A stretch of 64,000 nucleotides of DNA from Malacoraja senta. Its lineage: Eukaryota. Location of the stretch: NCBI GenBank assembly GCA_038087875.1, contig CM075995.1:4900001-4964000 (forward strand), in the 5' to 3' direction. The position numbers were made by a program, and so were the translations under genes. Positions 63,306 through 64,000 of the stretch are shown piece by piece (positions within the stretch are counted from its first letter, which is position 1; every line of letters starts with the position of its first letter). The notes under the pieces are model-generated. The model was given only the letters and a program-made list of their open reading frames with translations, was not told the origin of the DNA and ran no database searches.

Positions 63306-63889
63306 TTCTATGTAAGATGCTGCTCGTTGAATCCATCAGTAGCCAGTCACCTTCCTGGGCTTCACTCCAGGCCAAGGTTTACACACCAAAATTCTATTTG
63401 AATGTCAGTGGGCAGCAGAAGAAAATACATGCGTGGGAAAGAACTGCAGATGCTGGTCTAAATCGAAGGTAGACACAAATTGCTGGAGTCAGGCTGCGTC
63501 AGGCAGCGTCACCCATTCCTTCTCTCCCGAGATGCTGCCTGTCCCGCCAAGTTACTCCAGCATTTTGTGTCTAGCAGAAGAATATACAACAAGGTTATGC
63601 TATTTCTTTTTACGTTTAGCAGTCTCAACAGAGGAAATATCTATTAACTTTAATTGTCAGTTAATGCTAGGTTAATTTTGAAGGGTTATGCCAGAGACTC
63701 AAGGTCATCACATTTTTATAAAAGCAGCCCTTGTTCAAGGCTGCTGTGTCCTGCAGAGTAGAGTCATAGAGTCAGTACAGCACGATCACAGGCCCTTCGG
63801 CCCAACTTGTCTGTGCCGACCAAGATTCTCCATCTAAGCTACTCCTATTTGCCCGCGTTTGGTCCGTATCCCTCCAAATCCTTGTAAAC

Positions 63890-63998
63890 CAGTCTGAAGA
63901 AGGGTCTCGACCTGAAACGTCACCCATTCCTTCTCTCCAGAGATGCTGCCTGTGCCATTGAGTTACTCCAGCTTTTTATGTCTATCTTCCTTCTAAAC
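63890..63998 (+). mobile_element. Penelope pLTR remnant
   Basis: cagtctgaagaagggtctcgacctgaaacgtcaccc...gagttactccagc family sequence. Confidence 0.8.
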
Positions 63999-64000
63999 CT

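Overview
Vertebrate genomic DNA, very probably from a cartilaginous fish (skate/ray-like, inferred from HE1/V-SINE and HER1/CR1-type repeats). The window lies inside a + strand EEPD1 gene. Four phase-compatible internal coding exons (23746-23797, 51188-51298, 59686-59820, 62260-62386) encode part of the EEP nuclease-like domain; the rest is intron. The introns are dense with transposons: about 25 tRNA-derived V-SINE copies or fragments, many CR1 3' fragments, about 25 Penelope pLTR remnants with a minimal hammerhead motif, a head-to-head inverted Penelope insertion, a decayed DIRS1-type element with intact ends, L1, Tx1 and Rex/Babar fragments, and hAT and Harbinger-like MITEs. The most notable observations are: (i) a 128-bp TSD-flanked retroelement whose 5' end resembles an HDV-like ribozyme (63101-63228); (ii) a base-precise twin-primed, 5'-inverted L1 (43592-44921); (iii) a DIRS insertion whose junctions show an AAT crossover matching its internal circle-junction copy; and (iv) several local inverted or templated duplications. 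Almost all ORFs in the supplied track are repeat-derived. Family assignments come from recalled motifs, not database searches. Repeat boundaries without TSDs are approximate.
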